The notes under the pieces were generated by a model, which had not been told where the DNA came from, searched no databases, and saw only the letters and a list, made by a program, of their open reading frames with translations. From IMG/VR virus record IMGVR_UViG_3300025927_000001: a stretch of DNA of 64,000 nt. One strand, written 5' to 3'. Made by a program: the position numbers and the translations under genes. Positions 56,230 to 64,000 of this stretch are shown piece by piece. This stretch comes from an uncultured virus (IMG/VR IMGVR_UViG_3300025927_000001) (taxonomy: Duplodnaviria > Heunggongvirae > Uroviricota > Caudoviricetes). Every line of letters begins with the position of its first letter. The first letter of the stretch is position 1.

Positions 56230-56460
56230 CTACCTTTCCATCGTTGTCAGCGTCTGGGGTACTGGGTTGGCGAACCACTGCCCAGCGGCGACGCAAGCCG
56301 CTGCGAGCTTCGCGTAGTCCCGCTGGCGGGACGCTTGATTGATTGCCAACGCCAGCGCGGGGGCCTCGTTGCGTAACCACGCCCAGCACGCCTTGCACGC
56401 GAAATAGTCCCAATCTTTTACCCGCGTGCCACATCCCGGACATGGGTGGTAGCGCGTCAC
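56230..56460 (-). CDS. Small Zn-finger protein
   Basis: CPGC…FAC..CW. Confidence 0.6.
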   Translation of the reverse strand: MTRYHPCPGCGTRVKDWDYFACKACWAWLRNEAPALALAINQASRQRDYAKLAAACVAAGQWFANPVPQTLTTMER

Positions 56461-56502
56461 TGCACTAGCCTTGCTAGTCCGTGATCACGGGGGACGATGT
56501 CA

Positions 56503-56739
56503 TTAGCGTCTCGCCGCCGCTTCTGTCCGCTGCCTCGCTGCCGCGATGGCGCGCCGCCGCCGCTGCATTTCCAAGCGCTTTCGCTTCGCGACGGTTCTTT
56601 CCTTCACGTGAACTCTGCCCGCAGCCGTCGCACTGTTTTCATCATCGAAACCGTCGTGGGTCATTGGGTACCAACCGCATGGGCATTTCGGGTAGTGACG
56701 TCCTGCGACTTGGAGTACCTGGGGTTCGTGGTCAGCCAT
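56503..56739 (-). CDS. Small Zn-binding protein
   Basis: H…CPCGW…A…H. Confidence 0.55.
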   Translation of the reverse strand: MADHEPQVLQVAGRHYPKCPCGWYPMTHDGFDDENSATAAGRVHVKERTVAKRKRLEMQRRRRAIAAARQRTEAAARR

Positions 56740-57448
56740 CAGCCCACGCTGCCGTGTCGCCAGAAGTCAGGCGCAGAGACGACGGTGGTGGTGCGGTCGG
56801 TCAGCAGGCGGTTGGCTCGGTGTAGTAACCGGTCCAGCTCGGTGTCTCCCGTGCCGTCAGTGGCGGAATCATCCGAACGGTGGTCATCTAGTGGCGCTGG
56901 CTCGCTCAATGGAGTTTCCTTTCCCCTTTTCCGACCGCGTCCAGTGCGCGCGGTGTCGATACATACATGCTTGGCACAACCACCGACCCGAGGGTGCTCA
57001 ACGAGCAAAGTGGTGCCACGCGCGATTTTCTACCGATGCTGGGGGACGTGTGTCAACTTTTGACGCGCGGGAGTTACCCGATAGTGACACGATGATGCCC
57101 CGTGGTGCTACGCGGGAAACCGGTCGAGTCCGTGGGGGCGCGCACCGGGGGATGCGCACTCAACTCACACGGACCCGACCGGCGGTCATCACCGGCCCTG
57201 CTGCTTGGGAATCGCCGCAGGCGAAGCAGCGGCGTCCAGTACCGCTTTCGCCAACTCAGCGGCCTGCCCGCAGGTCAGCACAATCTCGGTCCTCACCGTG
57301 GCGTCCGCCGACAGAACAACCTCACGCACAACCCGCTGGTGCTCGTCATCCATCCGCGTTTCCCGCCACACGATCGCCGTGCAGTTGTGGCCCTCGCGGT
57401 CCTTGCCGGTAGTCGCGAACCGGTGGGACTTCTCGGGCTCGTTGCCGG

Positions 57449-57716
57449 TCACCACGCGCGCCGCTGCACCGGCGGGACCAGTGGACACCACCGGGCGCGC
57501 TTCGCGGCCAGCGCTGCCGACTCGATCTCCCTGGCGCAGCACTGGGTGCTGTACCGGCCCCGGCCAGATCGCAAGCCGTCCACGTGAGCGGTGACCGTCA
57601 GATAATGCGCTGTCCCCGCCCGGTCAACCATCTCCACTTTATGGGCGGTACGCCCGTGGCGGTCGGCCAGGCGGTGTCTCGCTGTCGATTCGCTGCTGCG
57701 TCGTTTCCACAACATT
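57449..57716 (-). CDS. Hypothetical protein (approximate start)
   Basis: AH…G…GRY…C…L…WC..C-like motif often seen beside XRE-DUF397 loci. Confidence 0.45.
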
Positions 57717-58224
57717 GTTGGTCCCCGCTTCCAGTGGGACCGATCGGACGCCAGGGTTCGCGGCACCAGCGCCCGATCGGGGCTCAAGGGCATGGGTCGA
57801 CCGGGTCGACGATGGTCTTGGTGGTACTTGGCGTGGGTAGGCATTCACTCAGTCGGGCGAGAATTAGCACCAACACTTCTTTGGGTACGACTGCCGCGCG
57901 CCCAATCGGTGGGCCTGGTAGGTCACCCGCCGGGAAGCGCCGCGGTAGGTCGGGTCGGTCGGTCACCGCACGGGCCACCCTTCCCCGCCGTAGCGGTGCT
58001 AGCTGCATAGATGTCGCTCGGCCCGGCGATCTCGGGGCGTCCGGGCCGAGCGACTGGCGCCACGGGCTGAGCCTCTCTCAGCGGCGCCACCGCAAGGTGA
58101 CCTTTGTCACCACGTTCGGCCAACAGGGTAAGGTTTGGCAAGTGCCTGAGTCAACTACCTGTGTACAGGTAGTTTGTGCGGCAGACTTGCCAAGGTGCAC
58201 ACTGATGCCAGCAGGCGCCACCTG

Positions 58225-59073
58225 ATGACGGAGGCAACGATGGTGGGCAGCAGCCCAACCGTGCGCATGCGGCAGCTCGGCATGGAACTGCGGCGCCTCC
58301 GCGTCACGGCCGGCAAAAGCCAGCAGCAGGCTGCGGATTGGCTCGCCGTCACCGAATCAGCGATCAGCAGGATGGAAACCGGCGCGCGGCGGGCCACCGT
58401 ACCGAACATCAGGAACCTCGGCCAGCTCTACAACGTCGACCCCACGCACACCGCGTTCCTTGAACGTCTCGCCCGTGAGGCCCGTGAACGCGGCTGGTGG
58501 GCGGACTTCGGTGACACCGTGCCCGACTGGTTCCGCGACCTACTGGGCATGGAAACCGTCGCAGACGAAGCGTGGTTCTTCGCGTCCCTGTACTTCCCAG
58601 GACTGCTCCAATGCCAGGACTACATCGACGCCGTTGTGTCGCGGCCCGACGCCAGGCGGCTACGGGCGGCGCGACAGAAGAGGCTCACCGACACCGATCC
58701 ACTCGCTGTGCGGGTAGTCCTCGACGAGGCCGTAATCCATCGTCGCGTCGGTGGCCCCGACATCATGCGTCGGCAGATCCGCCACGTCATCACCATGGCG
58801 CATCTGCCGAACGTCACAATCCAGCTCCTGCCACTCAGCGCAGGGTTCATCTCCTCGGTTACCGGACCGTTCACGGCGCTTCGGTTTCCAGAGGAACCGA
58901 TGAACACCGTTTATGTAGAACTCACGGGCAGTGCGATCTACCTGGAGAAGCCAGCCGCGGTCGAGCGATACACAACGAACTTCGAACGCCTCGCAGGTCT
59001 GGCGTTCGATGAGAAGGAAACAATCGCGTTCCTAGAAAAGGCAGAGGAGAGGTGGCATTGTGAAGCTGAATGA
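58225..59073 (+). CDS. XRE HTH + DUF5753 regulator (WhiJ-like)
   Basis: R.LG.ELRRLR, SRMETG, RGWW, PGLLQ..DY, RQ.RL, VLDEA…R.VGG…M..Q, YVE. Confidence 0.93.
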   Translation: MTEATMVGSSPTVRMRQLGMELRRLRVTAGKSQQQAADWLAVTESAISRMETGARRATVPNIRNLGQLYNVDPTHTAFLERLAREARERGWWADFGDTVPDWFRDLLGMETVADEAWFFASLYFPGLLQCQDYIDAVVSRPDARRLRAARQKRLTDTDPLAVRVVLDEAVIHRRVGGPDIMRRQIRHVITMAHLPNVTIQLLPLSAGFISSVTGPFTALRFPEEPMNTVYVELTGSAIYLEKPAAVERYTTNFERLAGLAFDEKETIAFLEKAEERWHCEAE

Positions 59074-59248
59074 GTGGGTGACTAGCAGTTACAGCGGAGA
59101 CAACGGCGAGTGCGTCGAGGTGATGTTCACCGGCGTGGGCTTCGGGGTGCGGGACTCTAAAAACCCCACCGGCGGGACGCTGACGTTCACCGATACCGAG
59201 TGGGCAGCCTTCACTGCCGGTGTCCGCGACGGCGAGTTCGACGGGTGA
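59060..59248 (+). CDS. DUF397 protein
   Basis: W..SSYS…G.CVEV…VRDSKNP.G..L.F…W.AF…V..GEFD. Confidence 0.93.
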   Translation: MKLNEWVTSSYSGDNGECVEVMFTGVGFGVRDSKNPTGGTLTFTDTEWAAFTAGVRDGEFDG

Positions 59249-59544
59249 GCTACGCAACAGTCATCGGTGATCCACCACCGGCTGACGACGACGATCCGAT
59301 GATGGGCCTGGACCCGTGGACCGCAGCTCATATTCGGATGCGGAAGTTCGTCGAGAGCGGTTCCCGCACCATGGCGGAAGTTGAGGAGCTAGCCCTGGAG
59401 ATCAGGGCCACGTTGCCGGAACCGGCACCACCACCGGAGGTCGACGCGGTGATCCGTGCCGACCTCGCGCTACTGGAACTCAACCCACTCGGCGGCACAC
59501 CGCTGACCGGACCCAAGTTATGGACACCACCACCAGAGGAGTGA
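59245..59544 (+). CDS. Hypothetical protein
   Basis: GTGA overlap. Confidence 0.55.
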   Translation: MSYATVIGDPPPADDDDPMMGLDPWTAAHIRMRKFVESGSRTMAEVEELALEIRATLPEPAPPPEVDAVIRADLALLELNPLGGTPLTGPKLWTPPPEE

Positions 59545-59545
59545 C

Positions 59546-60109
59546 ATGGCATTACGACGACCCAATGATCTCGTTTCCGACGAGACGTGGGGGTATCTGG
59601 TCGACCAGATCATGTTCGACCACCCCGTGATGAGCCAAGCGGTAGCCGAGCGCATTTTGGGCCAAGCTCTCGGATTCATGCAGGTGTGTGCGTTGCGAAC
59701 GAACGGCCAACTCGTTTCCGACCACGTTCCGGCGCAGCAAATTGGCGGGATCAGCCCGTCGCGAATCGTGGACGTGGGTTGGCACGCAGTCATCCTGACT
59801 GACACCACGGTCTGTGCGGAAATCCACGAGAAGTTGGGTGTGGACTTCCTACATCACCGGTCGTACACCGCCGAACAGAAAGCGGTGCGCAGCCGCGGCG
59901 GAGTAATCCCCGACCTACCATGCGGTGCGGGTGATCTATCCCTCACGGCAGACCTGATGCGCGCCAACGGCATCACCGTGGATGAGGAATTGTGGCAAGA
60001 CGAGTTGCCGCGGGACCTGGTCGCGGAATGGGATAACCGGCCGGACTGCTACGAGAAGTGCCCCTGCTGGAAAGCCGAGGACTCGAAGGGGCTGTTGGTA
60101 GCCGGGTAG
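59546..60109 (+). CDS. GRDP/DUF1399-like protein with Cys-containing tail
   Basis: PS..VD.GWH..IL…F.HH and VD.ELW motifs. Confidence 0.7.
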   Translation: MALRRPNDLVSDETWGYLVDQIMFDHPVMSQAVAERILGQALGFMQVCALRTNGQLVSDHVPAQQIGGISPSRIVDVGWHAVILTDTTVCAEIHEKLGVDFLHHRSYTAEQKAVRSRGGVIPDLPCGAGDLSLTADLMRANGITVDEELWQDELPRDLVAEWDNRPDCYEKCPCWKAEDSKGLLVAG

Positions 60110-60127
60110 AGCAGCGGCAAAGAGCAG

Positions 60128-60177
60128 CGAAAAACGGGGAGTAGCGCTTCGGTAGGGCGCTACTCCCCGTTTCCTTT
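60128..60177 (+). terminator. Stem-loop between GRDP-like and MetE-like genes
   Basis: AAACGGGGAGTAGCGC / GCGCTACTCCCCGTTT followed by CCTTTT. Confidence 0.65.
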
Positions 60178-60201
60178 TCAACACCCCCCCGAAGGAGAGT
60201 A

Positions 60202-61317
60202 GTGACAACGTCGTTGCTGGTAGATGAAGTGGTGTGGCCCGGGTCCATACCCGAGGCCATGGACCCGTACGAGGCCATGTGTTTGTTGGTGAGCAAGGTC
60301 GGGCCATACATCAAGCAGTTGCCGTGGGAAACGTACCCGGCTTGGATCGTTCGGGAGCTGAAATTACTCGCCGCCCACCCTGACGTTGAGGTAGTCCGTG
60401 AAGGACGGTGGACGGGTTACGACGACATGACCCGTTACCGGGTTGAGGGCGAGTTCCGGTCCGAGCTGATCAACGTGGGTATCGTTGATGCATGGACGAC
60501 CGGTATCGACGGTTTCCGTAAACTGCGAGACGAGTTCAACTACCCCGACACCACTCCATTTGAGCTTGGGGTGAAAAGTCCACTCAACTTCGGGTTGTTC
60601 GCGTTCGGGCCGCGGAAAGTATTAGCGTATAACCTGCATGTTCGCCCGTTCGTTGAGGCCACGGTGCGGGAAATGGCCACCGTGATGCAGCTCGCCGCGA
60701 AAGCGCGCGTCCCGGTGACGTTCCAGCTGGAAGCGCCAGGGGAACTGATCGGCGAGTGCATGATCCCCGGACCGTTACGACCGGTGTTCGCTGGTCTGAT
60801 CGTGCGGTCACTGCTAGAGGTGGCGCGCGGCGCACCACATGGTTGCCGCATTGGTGCGCACACCTGCCCAGGCCGCTGGTATAACAAAGCGAAGGTGGTA
60901 CCGAAGTCCGCGGCCCCATTGACAGCGCTGGTCAGTGGGCTCGATCAGCGGTGGCCGTCTAACGCCGCTGGCCCACTCGTTTACGTGCACCTTCCGTGCG
61001 GTGCGGGTGATTTGCCGCCGTCGTCTGATCCGCGGTGGTATCAACCGCTTGAGAAGCTGAGGGTGCATCCGCAGCTCACCCTCGTTGCAGGGATCCTGCA
61101 CCCGAATCTTGGGGCGGCGGAAGCGCGGGTGATTTTGCAGATCATCAGGGCGTGTATCGCAAGGGCGCAGCCCCATAGCCTGGGATCACGGTTGGCGATC
61201 GGACCGACCTGCGGTAGTGGGCAGATGAGCCCTGACGATTTCAGGAAGGTACTCGATCTGGCTTCGATGCTGTGCACCGGCGACCCCGATTTCGTGTTCG
61301 AGGGATTCCCGGGTTAG
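60202..61317 (+). CDS. Cobalamin-independent methionine synthase-like TIM-barrel protein (divergent)
   Basis: GSIP, LP.ET…WI, FQLE.P.E, H.C.G, VHLP, CG.G motifs. Confidence 0.65.
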   Translation: MTTSLLVDEVVWPGSIPEAMDPYEAMCLLVSKVGPYIKQLPWETYPAWIVRELKLLAAHPDVEVVREGRWTGYDDMTRYRVEGEFRSELINVGIVDAWTTGIDGFRKLRDEFNYPDTTPFELGVKSPLNFGLFAFGPRKVLAYNLHVRPFVEATVREMATVMQLAAKARVPVTFQLEAPGELIGECMIPGPLRPVFAGLIVRSLLEVARGAPHGCRIGAHTCPGRWYNKAKVVPKSAAPLTALVSGLDQRWPSNAAGPLVYVHLPCGAGDLPPSSDPRWYQPLEKLRVHPQLTLVAGILHPNLGAAEARVILQIIRACIARAQPHSLGSRLAIGPTCGSGQMSPDDFRKVLDLASMLCTGDPDFVFEGFPG

Positions 61318-61327
61318 CCACCGGCAC

Positions 61328-61378
61328 AACGAAAAAGGCAGGCACTCTCAAATGCCGGGGGTGCCTGCCTTTTTCGTT
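61328..61378. terminator. Bidirectional intrinsic terminator
   Basis: AACGAAAAAGGCAGGCAC / GTGCCTGCCTTTTTCGTT between convergent genes. Confidence 0.8.
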
Positions 61379-61385
61379 AGTTTAG

Positions 61386-61739
61386 TTAATGTGGATAGTT
61401 GGTTGCGGGGATCTGTGCCCGGTCGGTCCAGTGTTTATCGCAGAGCACGAACCCACCTACACGGAGCTGCGCCTGGTCGCTGCATTCCGCTGTGGGGCCG
61501 CGCATGCACTCGTCGACGCCAGGCTCATATTCTGGGCGGTGGATCACTTTGAACTCCACCTCGCAGTCACCGCACTCCGCATCCTGGTCTTCTGGCCAAT
61601 ACGGGTGCGGTCCTTCGTAACCACATTCAGGACATGGGTAGTCGCTCAAGTCGGCGTGCGGGTTCGGGTCGGACACGAAAGCTCCTAGAAGACCGTGCGC
61701 GTGCGTACGCACTCCGCAGTTGCACGTGCACCGTGTCAC
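61386..61739 (-). CDS. Cys-rich hypothetical protein
   Basis: Several CxxC motifs. Confidence 0.5.
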   Translation of the reverse strand: MTRCTCNCGVRTHAHGLLGAFVSDPNPHADLSDYPCPECGYEGPHPYWPEDQDAECGDCEVEFKVIHRPEYEPGVDECMRGPTAECSDQAQLRVGGFVLCDKHWTDRAQIPATNYPH

Positions 61740-61982
61740 GGTGGTGTCCGGAGCGTCAAGGCGCCGTCAGGGCGGTTTCGGTTTCCCGCAGTTCCCGCAC
61801 CGGGTTTCGGGTTCGGGGCTGCCGCGTCGCCACCATTGGTTCCAGCGGTGTCGGCCGATGCGGCACAGGGTTTCGGCGGCGAGCTTCGGTGACCACCGGT
61901 AGGTCCACGCAAGATCGAGGTGGTTACGTGTCCCACCGGGTAGGGACCTGCATCTAGGGCCAGCTGGCCAGTGATCGAGCGG

Positions 61983-62321
61983 ATGGAATTCGGAGAAGTC
62001 GAGGTGCTTGATGACCGGCGGTCCGGTCGGGTCGGGGCTCACGCCCCCCTGGTGTTGTTGACCATGGACACATGGTATCAAGTCCACGAACCCTGTCTAG
62101 CGCGCTTCACGGAAATGTGTAGGATGCTAGACATGGGAGAGGACGCAGACAAGGCGCTCGCGGAGGTCCGTGCCGCAGCTGAAGCCTGCAAGAGCGCCTC
62201 AGCCTGGCGCAACGATGCGATCCGGCGCGCAGCCAAAATTGAGCGCCTACCACGAATCCAGATCGCGGATGCGGCCAAGATCAGCCGCCAACGGTACTAC
62301 CAGATCATCAACGGCAAATAA
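61983..62321 (+). CDS. HTH protein
   Basis: RNDAIR.A…IADAA.ISRQR.YQI. Confidence 0.7.
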   Translation: MEFGEVEVLDDRRSGRVGAHAPLVLLTMDTWYQVHEPCLARFTEMCRMLDMGEDADKALAEVRAAAEACKSASAWRNDAIRRAAKIERLPRIQIADAAKISRQRYYQIINGK

Positions 62322-62390
62322 AAAAGCGGACCCGGCCAGCGGGGCGGCAACCCTCTGGCCAGGCCCTTGACGGAAGAGAGGCTTCCGCCC

Positions 62391-63071
62391 ATGAACACCG
62401 TAATGGATCCACCCATCTCACCGATGCTGGCGACCACCGGCGCACCACCCACCGGCCCCGGTTGGGCGTATGAGATCAAACACGACGGCCAACGCTGCAT
62501 CGCCACGATCGTAGAAGGCGGCCAACTACGGCTCTCAGCGCGACCCCGCGACCCCGGACGACCCGGTAACAACATCACCGACACCTACCCCGAACTGCGG
62601 GTACTCGCCGACGTGCTCTACGCCAGGCGGTCAGTGGTGCTCGACGGGGAAATCGTGGTACTCGACGACCAAGGCCGCCCACGTCTCGGGCTGGTCCAGC
62701 ACCGGATCAACGCCAACCCTGACCCGCGGCGGGTGCGCCGATACCCCGCCATCTTCTACGCGTTCGACGTACTCGAAATCGACGGTCGGATGGTTCGGCG
62801 GGAAACCTACGACGTGCGGCGTGCACTGCTGTGCGGGCTCGACCTCAACGGCAAGTCACCGCACGTCCGGGTACCGCCGTCGTTCACCGACGCTGACGGC
62901 GTCGATGGGTGGTCGCTGCTGACCACGGCCCGGCTGTACGGCCTGGAGGGCATCGTCGCTAAGTGGCGGGACTCGAAGTACCTACCCGGGTACCGCTCAC
63001 CGCAGTGGCGCAAAGCGAAAGTCGCCGACCACCCAATTTTGACAACAGGTGAAATGGGTGACAGGAAATGA
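62391..63071 (+). CDS. ATP-dependent DNA ligase, adenylation domain only (LigD/LigC-like)
   Basis: PMLA, EIKHDGQR, LDGEIV, AFDVL, EGIVAK, Y.PG.RS..W.K.K; no OB domain. Confidence 0.88.
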   Translation: MNTVMDPPISPMLATTGAPPTGPGWAYEIKHDGQRCIATIVEGGQLRLSARPRDPGRPGNNITDTYPELRVLADVLYARRSVVLDGEIVVLDDQGRPRLGLVQHRINANPDPRRVRRYPAIFYAFDVLEIDGRMVRRETYDVRRALLCGLDLNGKSPHVRVPPSFTDADGVDGWSLLTTARLYGLEGIVAKWRDSKYLPGYRSPQWRKAKVADHPILTTGEMGDRK

Positions 63072-63361
63072 CCCTCACTCCGCTATTCCCGCCCGGGAAA
63101 CTCGTTGCCACACACGGTGGTAGGCAAGTGATGGAACGAATCGGGTACGAAGCATTCGAATACCTGTACGGGCTGCACTGTACCGGCGACTGGGGTGCCG
63201 TGAGTAACTCCGACAAACACGCGAACGACCAAGCGGTGATGGACGGCACCCGCATCATCTCGAAATACGGTGACGGTGCCGACGTCGTGTGGTTCATCAC
63301 CGAAGCCGACCGGAGCCGCACAACCGTGCTGACACCCGATGAGTACCTGAGGAAGGTCTGA
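63068..63361 (+). CDS. Plasmid/phage-associated hypothetical protein
   Basis: F..G..VAT.G…H..GDWG…ND.A…R..S.Y…W.ITEADRS.TT…PDEY. Confidence 0.75.
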   Translation: MTLTPLFPPGKLVATHGGRQVMERIGYEAFEYLYGLHCTGDWGAVSNSDKHANDQAVMDGTRIISKYGDGADVVWFITEADRSRTTVLTPDEYLRKV

Positions 63362-63363
63362 TC

Positions 63364-63909
63364 ATGAGTGACCCTCGCCTAAGGTTCGGCTACAACCAGG
63401 GCCTGCCGGAATACGTCGAGGCAGCGTGGGGATGCCAAGCGAACATCAACCCGGACGGCACCATAGACCTGGTGTCGGACCGCATCAGCACCTACGGTCA
63501 AGGCGACGCGGTCAAACGGCTAGAGGCTCGCCTGGACTCGTTAGGACGGGGCGAGCGATGGCGCAAACGGGCTGAGGCGCTTCTAGTCTCCGGGATCATG
63601 GACCCCAAGGTCGCCGCTGAACACGTCCTAGTTGATGACGGGGTTGTTGTAATCAAGGCGAATACCAACAGCTTTGGACACCTCTGCGTCTGCGCGTACG
63701 ACGCATACCAGCGGGTACCCGAACCCGAGATCCCTGACGGGATGCGGGTGTTCCTAGCGCATTACCTGCGGTGGCTAGCCAATGACGACGGGACACACGG
63801 CGGTATGCAATGCCGATGGGACCGGGCTGACCTAGCTGAGCGAGCTGATCGGATCCAGCCAGGGCCAGTCAAGGAATCGCTCGGCGACCTCGTGCAGGAG
63901 ATGCCATGA
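63364..63909 (+). CDS. Hypothetical protein
   Basis: GGAAGG RBS; AAWGC…S.G….CAY. Confidence 0.6.
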   Translation: MSDPRLRFGYNQGLPEYVEAAWGCQANINPDGTIDLVSDRISTYGQGDAVKRLEARLDSLGRGERWRKRAEALLVSGIMDPKVAAEHVLVDDGVVVIKANTNSFGHLCVCAYDAYQRVPEPEIPDGMRVFLAHYLRWLANDDGTHGGMQCRWDRADLAERADRIQPGPVKESLGDLVQEMP

Positions 63910-64000
63910 AAAAAAACAGCCCCCCGGACGCCCTGCCGTCAAAATCGAGCTGGGCATGACCAACGCCGATGGCAGCATTGATGACGGATTCGCTGAGGCA

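Noticed and set aside
1..64000. Reverse transcriptase/DGR, transposase, Ro60, lysin or DNA polymerase genes
   Set aside because: No diagnostic motifs recognised in any listed ORF; tape measure and lysis genes presumably lie outside the window.

Overview
This GC-rich window looks like a continuous 64 kb segment of a temperate actinobacterial siphovirus, either a prophage or a circularly permuted contig. From 15 kb down to 1 (minus strand) is an HK97-type morphogenesis operon: TerS, TerL, portal, prohead protease, major capsid, head-tail genes, major tail protein and a -1 frameshifted tail chaperone, plus small accessory genes and two tRNAs. From 15.5 to 21.7 kb (plus strand) is a CTAG-rich island of small genes between a probable packaging-terminus region and a complex repeat array, followed by the HNH gene. 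From 24 to 46 kb (minus strand) is a long early/middle operon: Lsr2, SPFH, AAA ATPase, RuvC-like, Rep with iterons, vWA, ParB-DUF5131 with a TcmP-like partner, Bet/YqaJ, two more ParB-like genes and an Xis-like gene. HTH regulators and a tyrosine integrase lie at 46-50 kb, and accessory genes at 51-64 kb. The most unusual content is non-coding. A 276-nt tRNA-framed RNA has a ~210-nt pseudoknotted insert in place of the anticodon loop (23.7-24.0 kb). Two tandem circularly permuted (Y-RNA-like) tRNA domains lie near a DUF7873-like gene, a tRNA mimic and a HAD phosphatase (52-54.3 kb). Two acceptor+T-arm minihelices lie in the island. All family names were recognised by eye from motifs and all RNA pairings were made by hand; no searches or folding programs were run.
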